Both the position numbers and the translations under genes were made by a program. Below, one piece after another: positions 22,591 through 35,772 of a stretch of DNA of 64,000 nt. The DNA lies in the NCBI GenBank assembly GCA_010909165.1, contig VJWM01000025.1, forward strand, positions 2,356,001-2,420,000. The letters are read 5' to 3'. The notes under the pieces were generated by a model. It was not told where the DNA came from. It made no database searches and saw only the letters and a program-made list of their open reading frames with translations. Positions within the stretch are counted from its first letter, which is position 1; every line of letters starts with the position of its first letter. Source of the DNA: Anthoceros angustus. Its lineage: Eukaryota; Plantae; Anthocerotophyta.

Positions 22591-23208
22591 TTAGGCATGT
22601 TGCTACCATTTGAATTGCATGCTACAGTTTGAGTTAAGTTTGAGTTAGGACCTCAAACTGTTGCGCTCTGCTACTATGACAAAGCAAGCAGCGCAAAAGA
22701 GATTGTATAAAAAGAGAGCATGAATTAAGGAAAAGCGAAGTGTCAAAAATCAGAAGTATCAAAGTAATTATCAAAATAGAATCCTAGTAGTGTCAAGTCA
22801 AATCTAAAATGCCCTAAGTAATATTACACAACGTTATTGTTCAAACGTGCCCTAATTTAGCCACATAAGGAGACCAAAATGTGGAGACAAAGAGGAATTG
22901 CCCCGTCTACGAAGACATAGGAATGCTTTGCCCTGCAGCTCAATGTTAACAGAATATATACCTAGCACGTATAATGATTATCCATTATATTTCTAATTTA
23001 ATAATCTTTGATATTCCTTTAGAAATTTTTAGTACTAAAAAACTTCATACACCATAAAACAGAACTTACGACCTAGCGATGAAATGAAAGGTAGGTATTT
23101 ATTTACAAAGGCAGTGTAGCTGCTGCGTTACTAGACTGTATGCCTGTGAACTAGACAGGCATGTAACTGCCAAGCCAGGACGTGACTACAAACGAGATTC
23201 AGCTGCAC

Positions 23209-24374
23209 CTACAGCTGTGCTTGTGATCCCCCTTCCTCCCTCCCCGGGCGAAGCTGAGAAAGAGGACTACCAGGGGGAAGTGCCATATCCACTTCTTTCA
23301 GCTCAACAGCCCAGCCTTTTCCGGTCCTCCTCCAGTAGTCTGCCAAAGGATGAGTGTGCTCGGGTGCCGCAAGGGACACACGGCTCTCGGATATGTCCTT
23401 GCTCTTAATACCGTATTTCTCGTCCCGCTTTTTCACCTTCTCGGCTGGAATCTGGCCCCAGCTCTCTGGCTGGGGGGACATCATTAGAGCGGGAACTCCC
23501 AAGGGGAGTCTGTCGCCTGACACACACCACGCACCGTGGCCAGGTTTAGTGTAAGACTTGTCAACTTTTAATTCCGGCAAAAACAGGCGAGTGGTGAACC
23601 GTACCCCTATCAAACTGCCAGGTGCACCAAAACTTGCCGTAACTCTTCACCAGCTTCTTCAACTCCTGCTGCTGGATCATCTCCGGTACTCCAGGGTTCA
23701 CCCAAAGGCCAGCCTTAATCTGGAACCAGGTGCAACAAAATTCAACACAACTGGATTACTTAACAAAAGGAGTTAGATGGACCTGACGCTGCCAGAGCAA
23801 TGTAAATGGAGGCTGGATCGGTCACCTCATATGCATGGGAATGCCACAGCTTCTTCTCCTCATCTGGCAAGCCATCAAACAGCTTATCCGAAATAACATA
23901 CTCCACACCTGCATGTTGGAAAAAGATGAATTCATGCAAAGGTCCTTGAAAGTAGGCTGTCCTTGAACTAACAATTCGCATCTGTATGAACAAGGAGAAA
24001 CAAGCTAACGTTACCTATAAGGCGAGCGTCCGACTGATCTGAGTCGTAAACAGCACACTGCACGAAATCCTCGTTCAAACGAGAACAGTAGTGATGCGTC
24101 TCGATCTGCCTTCGCATGTCGTGAGAGAAAATTGCCCAGGTGCAAACATGCTGGGCGTCCAAAACATTAAATTCAAGTCAGCTCACATGGAAGCCTAAAA
24201 TGAGCAAAGCTCCTCACAAAAAGACCTCACCTGCTGAAACTGCTTGATCGGAGTCAGCGTCTGCAATGTGTGTGCTGCTGCATCAAGGACAGACGTGGTC
24301 ATCGTCTTAGGTTTGCCCGGGACCTCCTCCGGCCCGACAGGCATCGGCCCTGGTTGATCGGTGCTGGAGCTCAT
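23209..24374 (-). CDS. OBAP2: Oil body-associated protein 2 (DUF1264), 5 exons
   Basis: [18 protein letters not shown]|[42 protein letters not shown]|[18 protein letters not shown]|[22 protein letters not shown]|[19 protein letters not shown], with GT-AG introns. Confidence 0.92.
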
Positions 24375-25055
24375 CTTGCTGCTTCTCTTTCCTTCCCTTG
24401 CTTCGCTTTGCCTTCGCCTGCTGCGCTCGATCCCCACGCTTGTTGAAGCTCGCCATGGGGTCCAAGGCAGGAACACAGCAGTTCCCTCCGCTGAGCATGG
24501 CGGACACGTAGCTTTAGTTGGCGCCACCAGGGCCAGCCAACTGGAGAAGAAACTTAATTACCGAGGCGCAGGTCCGGGACCAGGCTCGGGCAGCCTTGGA
24601 AAATGGCCCTCCAGATCTCTCGTCTTGACACTGCCATCCCGCGCGGCGTTCGCGGCCATGGCGGGATCTTGTTGGTGTGCAGACGCAGTAGCAGGACGAT
24701 TGCGGCTCGCCGAGGTCGGTCGGTGCATGGCAAATTGCTGTTGAGCACAGGAATTTGCAATGGACAGATCGATCCCGGTGTGTTTCTTGTGCTCGATTCC
24801 TTCAGCAATGTTCTCTGTTCCCTGGAGCTCCTCGGATCGGATCGGCTCCGTTGAGAGGACATCGCTGCTGGTATGGAAGATTTTCTCACTTTGGAGGACA
24901 TCTGGAGTGTAAATGTGCTGAGTTCGGCAGGCGAGAATAGTTGCTGCTCCCATGCCTTGTGATGGATGCTGTTTGACCTTGCTTGTGGAAGAAGCCGCTT
25001 GAGCTGCGAGTTTGGTAGGGCAAGCTGTGGTTGAGATTTCAGCTTCTACTCCGCT

Positions 25056-28000
25056 ATGGATCCACCGGACGATCTTGAAAAAGCTGGAGGAGAGGAGGAC
25101 TTGGATCTTGATGATGTTGGTAGCATGGACTCCGTAGAAATGGAGGCGATGGATGTTGAGCAAGAGCAAGATGGCAGCTCAGGTGGAATTGCGATGGATG
25201 CTGACTCAGAGCAGAAGCAGGAGGAGGACGAGGAGAAGGTGCTGAGGGAAATGCGGGAGAATCTGGAGCACTTGAGGAGTCCCGGTCCTCTGAAAGCGTC
25301 GGATAAGCTGGCGGCTGTGCTGACGAGAGGGAAATCCATATCGGTAGGACCTAGCCAAGCTTCGCGGTCTTCACCGAGGTTGAGAGGTCATACTGGACCT
25401 ATCCCGATCAATGCTATGTTTGAGGGAATGGCAGAGAAGCGGGAGAGGTTGCATGACGAGCGCTCGAAGACCTTGTCCCCTTGGTCTAGCATGCCTTCTG
25501 CTCTGGAAACTCGAAGGAGCTTCTTTTCTTCCGACGAAGGGAGCCGACAGGCATCCACCGGAGGGAAGAGTAGGCAGGGGAGGTCTGCTGAGAGAGCGGT
25601 TCGGCCGTACAGAGCAAGAGGAGTTGCAAGTGATCAAGGTCGGACGCGAGCTGACAATGTGCTAGCAGCTTCTGGGAGCTCGATTACCATGAACGCTCGG
25701 GATGGTCGTCCCAAGGCAAGTCTTGCAGGCATTGATGAGCTCAGGACGTTGCATTTGGCGCCTGCAGCTTCCAGCAAGTCGTCTGTTCTGGGAATACAGC
25801 GAGCCAAGATTGTGAACAAGAAGATGCCAAGTTTAACTGGACTACCCTTTGGCCAGTATAGAGGGGTGCAATCCAAGGAGAAGGAGAGAGAGGATAGGCA
25901 CATTAGGGACGCGAACGAGAGAGTCGGTGGGACTGAGGATCCCACTGAGGAAGCTTTGCTTGAGCAGGTAGATTATATCATTGAGCGTCACGCTCAGGGC
26001 AAGCAGTCAGTGTGGGATCTGGACCCTGACTCCAACCTTGGAGGTCCTGAATCTGTTGCCAGAAGCCCAACTGCTGTGCCTGTAAGTGCCCCTGCCGTGC
26101 CTGCAAGTCCCCCTGCCGTGGCTGTCAGTCCTCCGATGCAGGAGACTGCTAGTCCAACCCCTGGAGGTTCTGATGGTGCTCAGAAAACCGCCCAGCCGTC
26201 AAGACAATCGGTGTCCCCCCAGCCTGTGGGTGACGCAGAGTTTGTGGTGCACGCAAGAGATGTTCTTTATCGGTTACAAGGATGTCTTTGGAAATTTCCA
26301 GAATCGTTTGCAAGGGCCCAAAAGTTGGACGAGGCTTCCCTATCGCTGCAGCCTCAGAAACTGAAATTGAAGCCCAAGTTTGCCCAGGCTATGACCGATC
26401 AGGAGTTGGAGAAGGAAACCGATGGGTTTGATCTGAAGCATTTCAGCAAGGCTAGGGACTCCAGGGTACTGCTGCGATCCAAGCTCAAAAAGCGGGCCAA
26501 GTCAGGCACGAAACCTTTGGCATGTAACTTTGTCTGTGAAGGTAAGGTAATGCTTAAAGTCGGAACATTGCTGAAGAAGTCAGCAACCAGGACTATCTTC
26601 AAGTGGGTAAAGAAGCCAAGGTCGAAACAAAGCCAGAAGGTCAGGCACATTCGTTCAAGATATGCCACACCAGATTCAACTCATACAGCACCTGGCATCA
26701 TTCTCGACACGTACTTACTTGTAAATCATTTCACCAAGTTGTATGTGGTGGCCTCGCATTTTCTCTGTGACGCTTATGTTACAATTTCAAACTTCAGTCT
26801 GACATGGACATTTTTTGGTGCAGTGCCGAGTTGGTGGAGTCAAGGTGCCCAAGAATCTGAAATGCATCAAGCTCCATGCTATGAAGATTGACAAAGTCGT
26901 GGCTAGTGACCTACTTAAGTTTACTAGCCTCCGCTTCATCGATTTGACCGACAACCGCGTACCCATGGTACATTGTACGGGTTGTGCATTGACTGCTTGC
27001 GCTTCTTGGACTGAGATGGGTGGATTGCAAACTGTCCTTCATGGCTACCTTGACATTGCCGTCAGATGTTGGTGTTGGCCTCTACAAAATGGGGTTTGCA
27101 TGAATGATGCAGGATTCAGTGGCATCTGCAATATCGATGAGGAAGCTATGCTTACAATGCAACCAGATTTCAACATTGAACATTTTACCTGGAACCTTCT
27201 TCTGTCTTGAGGTGTTCAAATCCTCTCTCCATATTTGCAGCTTCTTTGCCCCACTGGATTTTTTTTGCCTTCATGAACCGCTGAATCTGATTCTATTAGT
27301 TGTTAGGTACTGGATCTTTCATTCAACAATCTGGGATCATCAGCCTTGGCAGACCTTGCTGGACTACCAGCACTTCGCAGACTGAACGTTGACCACAACT
27401 GCGTCAAAGACATACCTGCCATAGTTGGTGAGCGAGGTGCATTTCCCTTTCTGCAGAGACTTAGCTTATCAGGGAACAAGCTTGAATCCTCGAGTTTGAG
27501 CATCTTGAGCAAGGTTCGTAGTATGATGTGTAACTAAGTGGCCCAAACTTAAATTGTCTGAAGGATGGCCGCTAGGCTGACAAACGGAAAATGTTTTCAT
27601 CCAGCTGTTATAGCGTGACTTGTTTTGTTGTACAGATCTCGACTTTGGAGAAGTTGGTTATGTCACATAACCATATTACATGTGTTCCTCCTGAGGTGAA
27701 ACTGCAATAACTGCCTGCTCATGACCATGAGTTGTATTACGTTTGAAGGGTTGGATGATTTATGACAAGCCTTCGAAGGATGCAGTTGCAGTAAACTTAG
27801 GTTGTTCAGCCTTGTTCAGGTTGGCAGGCAATCTTTCATTCGGTTGGCGTTTTTGAACCTGTCGTATAACAACATTGTGGGAACTGAAGAGTTAGCTCCA
27901 TTGAAACACTTTGTCAAGTTGGACAAGGTTTAGTTCGTTCTTGGTGGCCAAGCCTGCACTTCATCATAAAATGGGGTGAGCTGGCATGGCTGACTTCAGT

Positions 28001-29357
28001 GTTGCACAGGTCTTACTGTTTGGTAACCCTCTTTCTAAAAGAGCAACAAAGGATGGGCAAGGACGGGTGCTTGATATTGCGAAGCCGTTACTGGAGGATG
28101 TGCAGCGAGCTGAGCTTTATGGTCAGCAGTGGATTCTGGAAAAGCCACAACCTCGGAAGAGACCCCGTCAATATGCAGAAAAGCATACGCATTGTCAGAT
28201 TTCCGATGATAAGATAGAATGCACTGTATGAATTTCGTTCCAGCATCAGACTCCCCCCTCGGTTGATTCTCTAACATGCCTTGGTTCAAAATGCTGCAGC
28301 ATGGTTTGTGCCTTGTGCAACAGCATTTCAAATATCCAAGCACTCATGGCCTATGTGTACATCTTCAGAAAGTCATTCCTGTGGAGAAGCTGGTGAATGC
28401 CATTAACCGACTGAGCCACAAGCTTGATGAACAGCTGAGCTCCGGAGTAACAAGCAGAAGCATGCCAGTAAGCTGATGGGATCTCTGAGGATCAGATTCC
28501 TAAGCTCTCCTGATCTATGCTCTGCCAATTCTATGCAATCTGCCATCTCTTTGGTTGTCTCTGCAGTTTGAGGAAGGCATGGATGAGGAGGTAGCCGAGT
28601 TAGCCTTCGCAAGGACGAAGAAAAAGCCTCCTGTCGCAAAGGAACTGGAAGAGATACATGAGGAGCCGTCTTCCCAAAAGGTAACCACACGTTCAACGTC
28701 TTTTATCTACGTGCCGAATTGTCAGCTTGATCTGTGCCAAACATCGCCCTGAGCAATGTTAGCCTTTTCATTTCTGTTCAAAATGCCGCAGCGAGATGTT
28801 GAAGGTTTACAAGAACTTGCCTCTGAACCCCCACTTTTCTCAGTGGAGGAACATATATTGGATTCCAATGCAGCGTTTGCAACGTTAAAGCAAACTCTTT
28901 CAACTCCCTTGATTGAGGTACGTCATGCCATCCAGGATCGCCCAAGAATGTTATCGCGATCTCATCGGAGCCTGAGGGTTGATTTGTGAACAGAAAGTGT
29001 TCGATGTGGCACACCACCAAAAGATGACTACTTCTGGCATCCTTCGAGTCCAAGAAAGCAGATTGAAATTACAAGAGTGCACGAGGGGTGCCGAGCCCAC
29101 CACACCGTACATAGAGGAGCTTGCTACTCGAGCTCTGGTATCTTGTGGTTTCTCTCTCCTAACTCCCCCTTGTCATGCACTTGACCTTGGTAGGCATGTG
29201 ACTTATATCTAATTTGATGTACAATCAGGAACACAGTAAAGGCTCGGTTGACAGAGCCCTTACAGACATGGACTTCCGGCTCGTTACTCTGGAGTCCACC
29301 ATCTCTGGCCTGATAGAAAACCTTAAAGCTGCACAGTCATCACGGGTCCAGACTTGA
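25056..29357 (+). CDS. XRRA1: XRRA1-like leucine-rich-repeat protein with a long disordered N-terminus (multi-exon)
   Basis: The spliced LRR core reads MKIDKVVASDLLKFTSLRFIDLTDNRVPM|DSVASAISMRKLCLQCNQISTLNILPGTFFCLE|VLDLSFNNLGSSALADLAGLPALRRL..FPFLQRLSLSGNKL and aligns by eye to animal XRRA1 as recalled. C-terminal NAAFATLKQTLSTPL; the last exon ends RVQT* at 29357. Orthology is unverified. Confidence 0.65.
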
Positions 29358-29499
29358 CCCACAGAAAGCTGCATCCTGGGTCCACGTCTAGGAAGTACTC
29401 CAGGCTCAGGTGCGATACTCATTCAGACCGGGTCATATTCCTCCTTTCTCTATCCATGACTCTGGTGGTTTGAGGCTTCATGTCGTACGGCTTGCTTCA

Positions 29500-31035
29500 T
29501 CAGTATACATCACCATCCCGGCACGAGAATGTCAGGTTGCGGTGCATCGTAGGCTTCCTAGCAGTGGAGAAAACCCCGAAAGTGAGGCTCCTGGTGGTCT
29601 TGGCAGGGCTGGGCCGCTTTGGTCGTTCCCCTTCAAACCAATTCTGATCTCCTGATAAAGTTGTTGCCCCACCACCTCTATTGTATGTCCACAATTCGAT
29701 TCTCTAATGACTTGTGATGCCAGCATGTGTGTGTGCTTTGAGCTCACGCAGCCCGGTCAGCGTGAACGAAAGACATTTTTCCTTTGCTAGACGGGGGAAG
29801 TTTCTCAGGTGGAAAAGCGATATACCTATGACTGTTTTCGTAGGCCGGCTGTTGAATCAACCAGGTCAAGCAACATGACATCCACATATACACACGCAGG
29901 CAGGCAGGAAGGCAGGAAGGCAGGCAGGCGCTCTCATTGGCAGAGCCGTGGCTGGAACTGAGCGTGAGGTGACGAGTGGCGACATCCGCCCTTGCAGTCG
30001 CGCCACTTGCAGTGTCCCACGCTGCTCCTGTCAGGTGTGTGTGTCGTCATCGGACGTTAAATACCATCACGGGAACTGACGAGCTTGCGCAAGTATCGTT
30101 ACAGTAGGTGAGAGATCAAAGTGACTGGCGCCTTCACCGGTCTCCCGCGGGAGGGAGGTGGTAGTAGCCCTTCATCTACAGCGTCTCCCCGCTGCCCAGT
30201 TTTAAATCTCCAGCCGAAGGTGTGAAGTCCGCGAGTCGAGCGCTGCATACTGTAGAAGGCTCTAAAAGTGGGAGTAGAAGCTGCGAGAGCAGAAATTCGG
30301 GAAGCCGGGAGGACAACCTTCCATCGGCGGCCAATGCCAAGCTTCCAAGTTCCCACATCGGTTGCCGCACTCCGGTACGCTTTGACAGCGCACGCCCTGG
30401 ATCTGCACCCTGCAAATGCGTTCATGGCTAATGGTATTCCGTTACGTGCAGACCGGCGACACGCGAAGCAGCCTAAATCACAAACTTGGACTCTGGTGGG
30501 CCGGTAGCCACACGTACGAAACGCGTTTCAAACGGAGGACTAAACGGGGGAGGGGACTCGGCGACTTCAAACTCCGGCGCTGCCAGAGAGCAAGCAAAGA
30601 GCCGCCGACGCTGTGTCGCTTCGGCAGCGATTGTGGCGCGCTAAACAATGACCGGATTGAATTCTGCTGCAACTGTGTCCCTTCTGCGAGGGAGAGGCCG
30701 TGGATGTGGTCTGCGCTCTTCTTGCTCTGCTGCTGGAGCTTCTCGAGGCTGCTGATTGCATCTGCTGCTGCTGCGGCTTGGGTCCTGTATCTGGTTGCAT
30801 TTGCATTTGCATTCGCATTGCATTGCGCACTGTCCCGGCGCCGGTCTGCTTCTTCGGCTTCCTTCTCTTCTTCCGCAGTGTCTTGCTGCTTTGAAGGCTT
30901 GGCTGCCTGCTTGGATGTCCTTGCTGCGGCTGTGGTACTTCTGGTTACAGACAGGAGCTCTTCTTCCTGCTCTGAGACATTGAACTCCAGGGTGGCAGGA
31001 AGCGGGAAGTTCATGATCATCTGCGTGCAGAACAT
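29500..31035 (-). other. Possible unannotated spliced gene, divergent from SLAC1
   Basis: A 185-aa low-complexity ORF (30478-31035), further open frames and several GT..AG-bounded mini-exons down to 29500. I could not fix a single reading frame. Confidence 0.22.
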
Positions 31036-31215
31036 CGACGGGGGCTTGTCCTTCTGTGAGGTCCTGTCCGACCCTGCCGATTTTTTTCAGTCCACGCGTC
31101 TGGTGCATCTGCACAAGTTCCGGAGGCGGCAGCAGTTTCGGTTTTGGTGGTGTGAAGGCGGCTGTGCTGGAGCAGGTGACTGCGCTGGATCAGGTGACCG
31201 GTACTGGAAAGAGAG

Positions 31216-33803
31216 ATGAGCAGTAACAGGCCGGCGGCGTCGCCGCCGCCTGATTTGAAGGTGGAGGGCCTGCGGCAAGGCTGGGACGGTCAGGAAGCTG
31301 CGGCGCAACAGAGCGGTTTGGAGGACTCTGTTGCTGCTAGATTGGCGTCTCAGTCCGAGTTTTGGCCTCGAGCGTTTGATAGTGTCCAATACTCAGGCGT
31401 GAATCCTTTTGCGCAGGGAGGGCCCTTGTTTGAGCAGGTCCGTGAAGATCCGTCGGAAGCAGCGGAGAAGATGAGACCTGGTGCCGCAGGGGGAAGCCAG
31501 TTCGTGGAGCCTGGAAATGCTGAGCGGATGCAGAGCAGGCGGGAATCGCCGGGATTGGTGGCGCAGAGTGCGCACTCTGCAGCTCCCAGCTCCGCCGTTC
31601 CACAACCGGGCTCGGCCAAACCAACAACTTTGAGGAGAGCGAGCTCTGACACGAAGGTTGTGGCGAATGGAGGTCTGGCGCCTGAGAGTCAGTCCAACTC
31701 TAGGACTCCGAAGACTCCGAGGAGAGGCGGCAGGCCGCCTGTTGCCTCCAAGGCTGGGTTTTCGCCCTCAAACGAGGACGTTGAAGTGGAGATGGCAAGG
31801 AAGGTGAACTTCGACGGCGAGCAGCAGTTTGGGGCGTTCATTGAAAGGATGGAGAGGCGGAGGGATCCTGCGGAGGAGCCTGTCAGCTATGCCAGCAGCA
31901 CGGATATGTTCAACCCTGCCAAGCTGCGAACCAAGGGAGGGAAATTCTACTCGCAGCCTTTAACTCCAGGAACCAATCACTCGGAGATGATGCGCAGAGC
32001 TGTGTCTGTATTTTCAGATCCAGTGACTCCTCGCGGTAGGGGCCCAGGACATGGGGAAGCTAAAGCACGATCAAATGACTACAAAATGTTCAGGACAGGT
32101 TCTCGAAATATTGAGAGGGCAAAATCTGGCAAGATTACCCGCGATGACATGCTGCCTCATCCGCAGATACCGGAGGCCAGCATCATGGAGCCGGAGATCA
32201 TCACTCAAGTCAGTGCTGGCCGATACTTCGATGCTCTGCACGGACCTGAGTTCGAAGTTTTGAAGGTACTGCATCCAGTTTCGATTCCTTTCCGAGAACT
32301 GTACTGTGTGCCGTCCCTCCCAAAGAGAGTCAGTCAAGGAAAGGGAAGTCACTTTTATCTTCGCAACATGGTCCCGTCAGCCTGGTGAGAGTTGTGTCTT
32401 TCTACGCTAACAGTGACCGCCCATCATGTTCAGGACTCGGAAGACCTGCTGCTCCCTCTTGACCAGCAGTGGCCCTTCCTTCTTCGATTCCCCATCGGAT
32501 GCTTTGGAATAACCCTGGGGCTTGGCAGCCAGGCAATTTTATGGAAGACCCTAGCATCAAGTGCCTCGATGGGCTTCATGCAAATCCCAGCGATCGTCAA
32601 TATCTGTCTGTGGTGCTTGGCTCTCACGAGCCTTATCCTTATAACTTGTGTTTATGTATGCAAGGCAATCTACTACTTTGAAGCTGTGAGAAGGGAGTTT
32701 TACCATCCTGTGCGAGTGAACTTCTTTTTCGCACCGTGGATTGCCTGCATGTTTCTGACCTTAGGGTTGCCACGCAATATTGCAACCCATATCCACCCTG
32801 CTATTTGGTGTGTCTTCATGGCACCCATATTTGTCTTGGAGCTGAAGATATACGGGCAATGGTTGTCAGGAGGTGACCGCAGGCTCTCCAAAGTAGCAAA
32901 CCCTTCTACACATTTGTCCGTCGTTGGCAACTTTGTAGGAGCCGTGCTTGGTGCTCAGGTTGGATGGAAAGAAGCTGCCACTTTCTTCTGGGCTGTGGGA
33001 CTGGCCCATTACTTGGTGGTGTTTGTGACTCTGTATCAGAGGCTACCAACGAACGAGGCTCTGCCGAAGGAGCTCCACCCAGTATTCTTCCTCTTCGTTG
33101 CAGCCCCAAGCACAGCAAGTGTGGCTTGGACGAGGATAACCGGGGAATTTGGCAGTATGTCCAAGATTGTGTACTTCGTGGCACTCTTCCTGTACACATC
33201 TCTGGCAAGTTGCTGCCTGTTTAAGTCATCTGCAATCACTGTCCTGAGCTCGTTTCTTTGCTTGAGTATCTGCTCCTAACTCGTGGCAACGTCTGGCAAT
33301 GCAGGTTGTGCGATTAAATTTTTTTCGGGGTTTCCGGTACGCAACTCTTTCCAGTTTTTCATAACTTTCTCTTCGCAGTTCCGCCTCGCACGAATCCAGG
33401 TACTGATGGCAAGCAACGTCACTGTTTTTCTGGCCCCAGATTCTCAATTGCATGGTGGGCGTACACGTTCCCGATGACTGCAGCCTCTATAGCAACTATC
33501 GAATATTCCAAATTCCACACCCATCCTATCACTCAGGCGATGGCAGTTGTGCTGAGTGTGATTTCATCCTCCATGGTTATGATGCTGTTTGTGTCCACAT
33601 GTCTCCATGCGTTCGTATGGGGCACCCTCTTCCCAAACGACATGGCCATCGCCATCACACTCAAGAAGCGGAAACGCAGGAGGAAAGGTAAAGATGCGGA
33701 CTCAAGCACTGAAAATGGAAGTGAGGATCGGCACCTGTTAAGCGGTTTGAACTCGAACAGCATCCAGTCATCAGACATGTCGGACAAATCGGCCGTCACT
33801 TAA
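31216..33803 (+). CDS. SLAC1: S-type anion channel, SLAC1-like, 4 exons, 738 aa
   Basis: Exons 31216-32265, 32434-33204, 33305-33336, 33440-33803. Motifs VSAGRYFDALHGPE, WPFLLRFPIGCFG, REFYHPVRVNFFFAPW, LKIYGQWLSGG, WWAYTFPMT (gate Phe), FVWGTLFPNDMAIAIT. Intron 2 is GC-AG. Confidence 0.95.
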
Positions 33804-35772
33804 AATGGCATATAAGTGGGAACTGACCGCTAACTCGACTGTTGTCCTGTTATTCGGACATTTTGGAGGCGGCGAAACTCCACCCCCAATCAATTTGGGA
33901 TGTTTGGTCGCCCCTTTAACATATGTAATGTATTGTATTTGTGTGTAAAATTATGACTATTTCTGCGCTGTACATCCGTTCGTCGCCTCGTTGTCGCGCT
34001 GGTATTGTTATTTTAACATGTAGGTCACACTACAAAGGTGTCCCGTTCCCAACGAGGTCCTTGCTGGAGTTGGAGCGACCATAACTTTGCATAAAGCCTT
34101 CGGGTGAGTACACCGGAACCAAGCAACTCTCCTCGGAGCCTTTCCTATATATGTTTGCATATTCCAGAGGCTCTCTTTTCCTCCTTAAGCATTTGGAACT
34201 ATGTGAAATCTTTGCTTTATGATTCTGTTTTGTTTTGCTCCTGCTGAGGAGATATAATGGGCTAGGGAGATATAATGGGATCTTCTTCGGTAGCTGCTAC
34301 TCATGGGGAAGACCTTAAGGTACCTAGGTTATTGTGGAGAGAGTTTCTAGTAGCCGGTCCTCTAAGAGGCTGTTGTTTTGATGCGCACAATTCTTTTATG
34401 GCAATCTTCAGGGTTACTTACCCATAAAATGAAAAGCATAGTTCATTTCCCAGCTTCAATAAAAAATCTTAGGATTACACTTCAACCACTTGCACATGTA
34501 GACATGAAAGCCACAACACCTATCCCCAATCTTGCTTCGAAGTCGGGGAATGGATGACCAGTCCACTCATGAACTTATGGCATAAGGGTCTAAGTACCTA
34601 AACTGGTGAATTTGGAGGTTACATTTGTCTCCGTGGTAGGCCCGATGTCTTGCTTTCCTCTCCCATTCAATTAAGGCATAAGACTGTGCATTAACGCATA
34701 CGACCCTTTGGACGTCATAATTACGGTGATAATTATTAGATTAGGTTACAGAGTATGTTATAGTTGTATTTTATCGTAATAACATGATCTTAATTGATAA
34801 GATATAATTGGTAATATTTTGGGTAATGATATATAATTTATAATGATAATTATGTCATGGATTAGGTGAAATATCTGGTGGTCTTCGTATGCAAGTTATA
34901 TGTATAATATATTTTAATTTATAATGTAAGCATAAGATAAAAAATAAGTAAATTGTACAGCCACAACCCTAATTCAATTATGAGTTGTGGTACGTGCAAA
35001 ATTTGGCACACAATTGGAAGAGAGTGAAAACAAGAAGAGAAGAGAAAGCAATAATGGCAAAGGTAGTGAGCTCGGGGGCTGGTGGATGTATTGGCTACTA
35101 TTGAGGCAGGCTGCCATAGGTATTGAGGCAAGGCAGATGGAAAATGAAGGTAGAAGACTTTTCGGATTTAGGCTTGGAGGGGGTGGAACCGAGGAAAGGA
35201 CAATTTTAAAGGTTAATCCAAATGGTTAATTAATTTCAAGAAGATTTTAAATAAGATTTGTGTTTCTCCGATTAAAATAGGCCTCATGGTCTTCCTATTC
35301 AAGTTTTGTTCTTATTGATGAAAACTATGGGGTTTTTTTACAAAAAAAAGCTATGGCTGAGATGACAAACAATTAATGATAAGTAAGTGAAATTGTCATG
35401 GGAGATTACCGGTAGGACTGAAAACTTTATTGAGAAAGGAAAGATGAAATTTTAATACATGAGTAATATTAACTACAATAAGACATAAAAAGTACCATTC
35501 CGTATCTAGGTACTGTATCTTGAATATATTTATATATATTATATGAAAAACTTTATGAAAAGAGATCGGTCGGGTTGTCGGGACTGGGAGCGCCGGATGA
35601 CGATGGCGACGGGACCTGCACCGGAACGCCCACACGATCGACATTAATCCGGGGCTTGGGCAAGAAGGCACGACGGTCCCGAGCCAGGAATTCCATATTC
35701 CATAGTACGAAGATTTGCATGCATTGTGCTTGCAGCGTGCAGTGAGAGCCTCTCTGTTTCCCGAATTCGTCC

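Noticed and set aside
30416-31219. 267-aa plus-strand ORF as a membrane protein
   Set aside because: Its hydrophobic runs come from the complement of a low-complexity Ala/Gln/Glu tract, and it has no domain.
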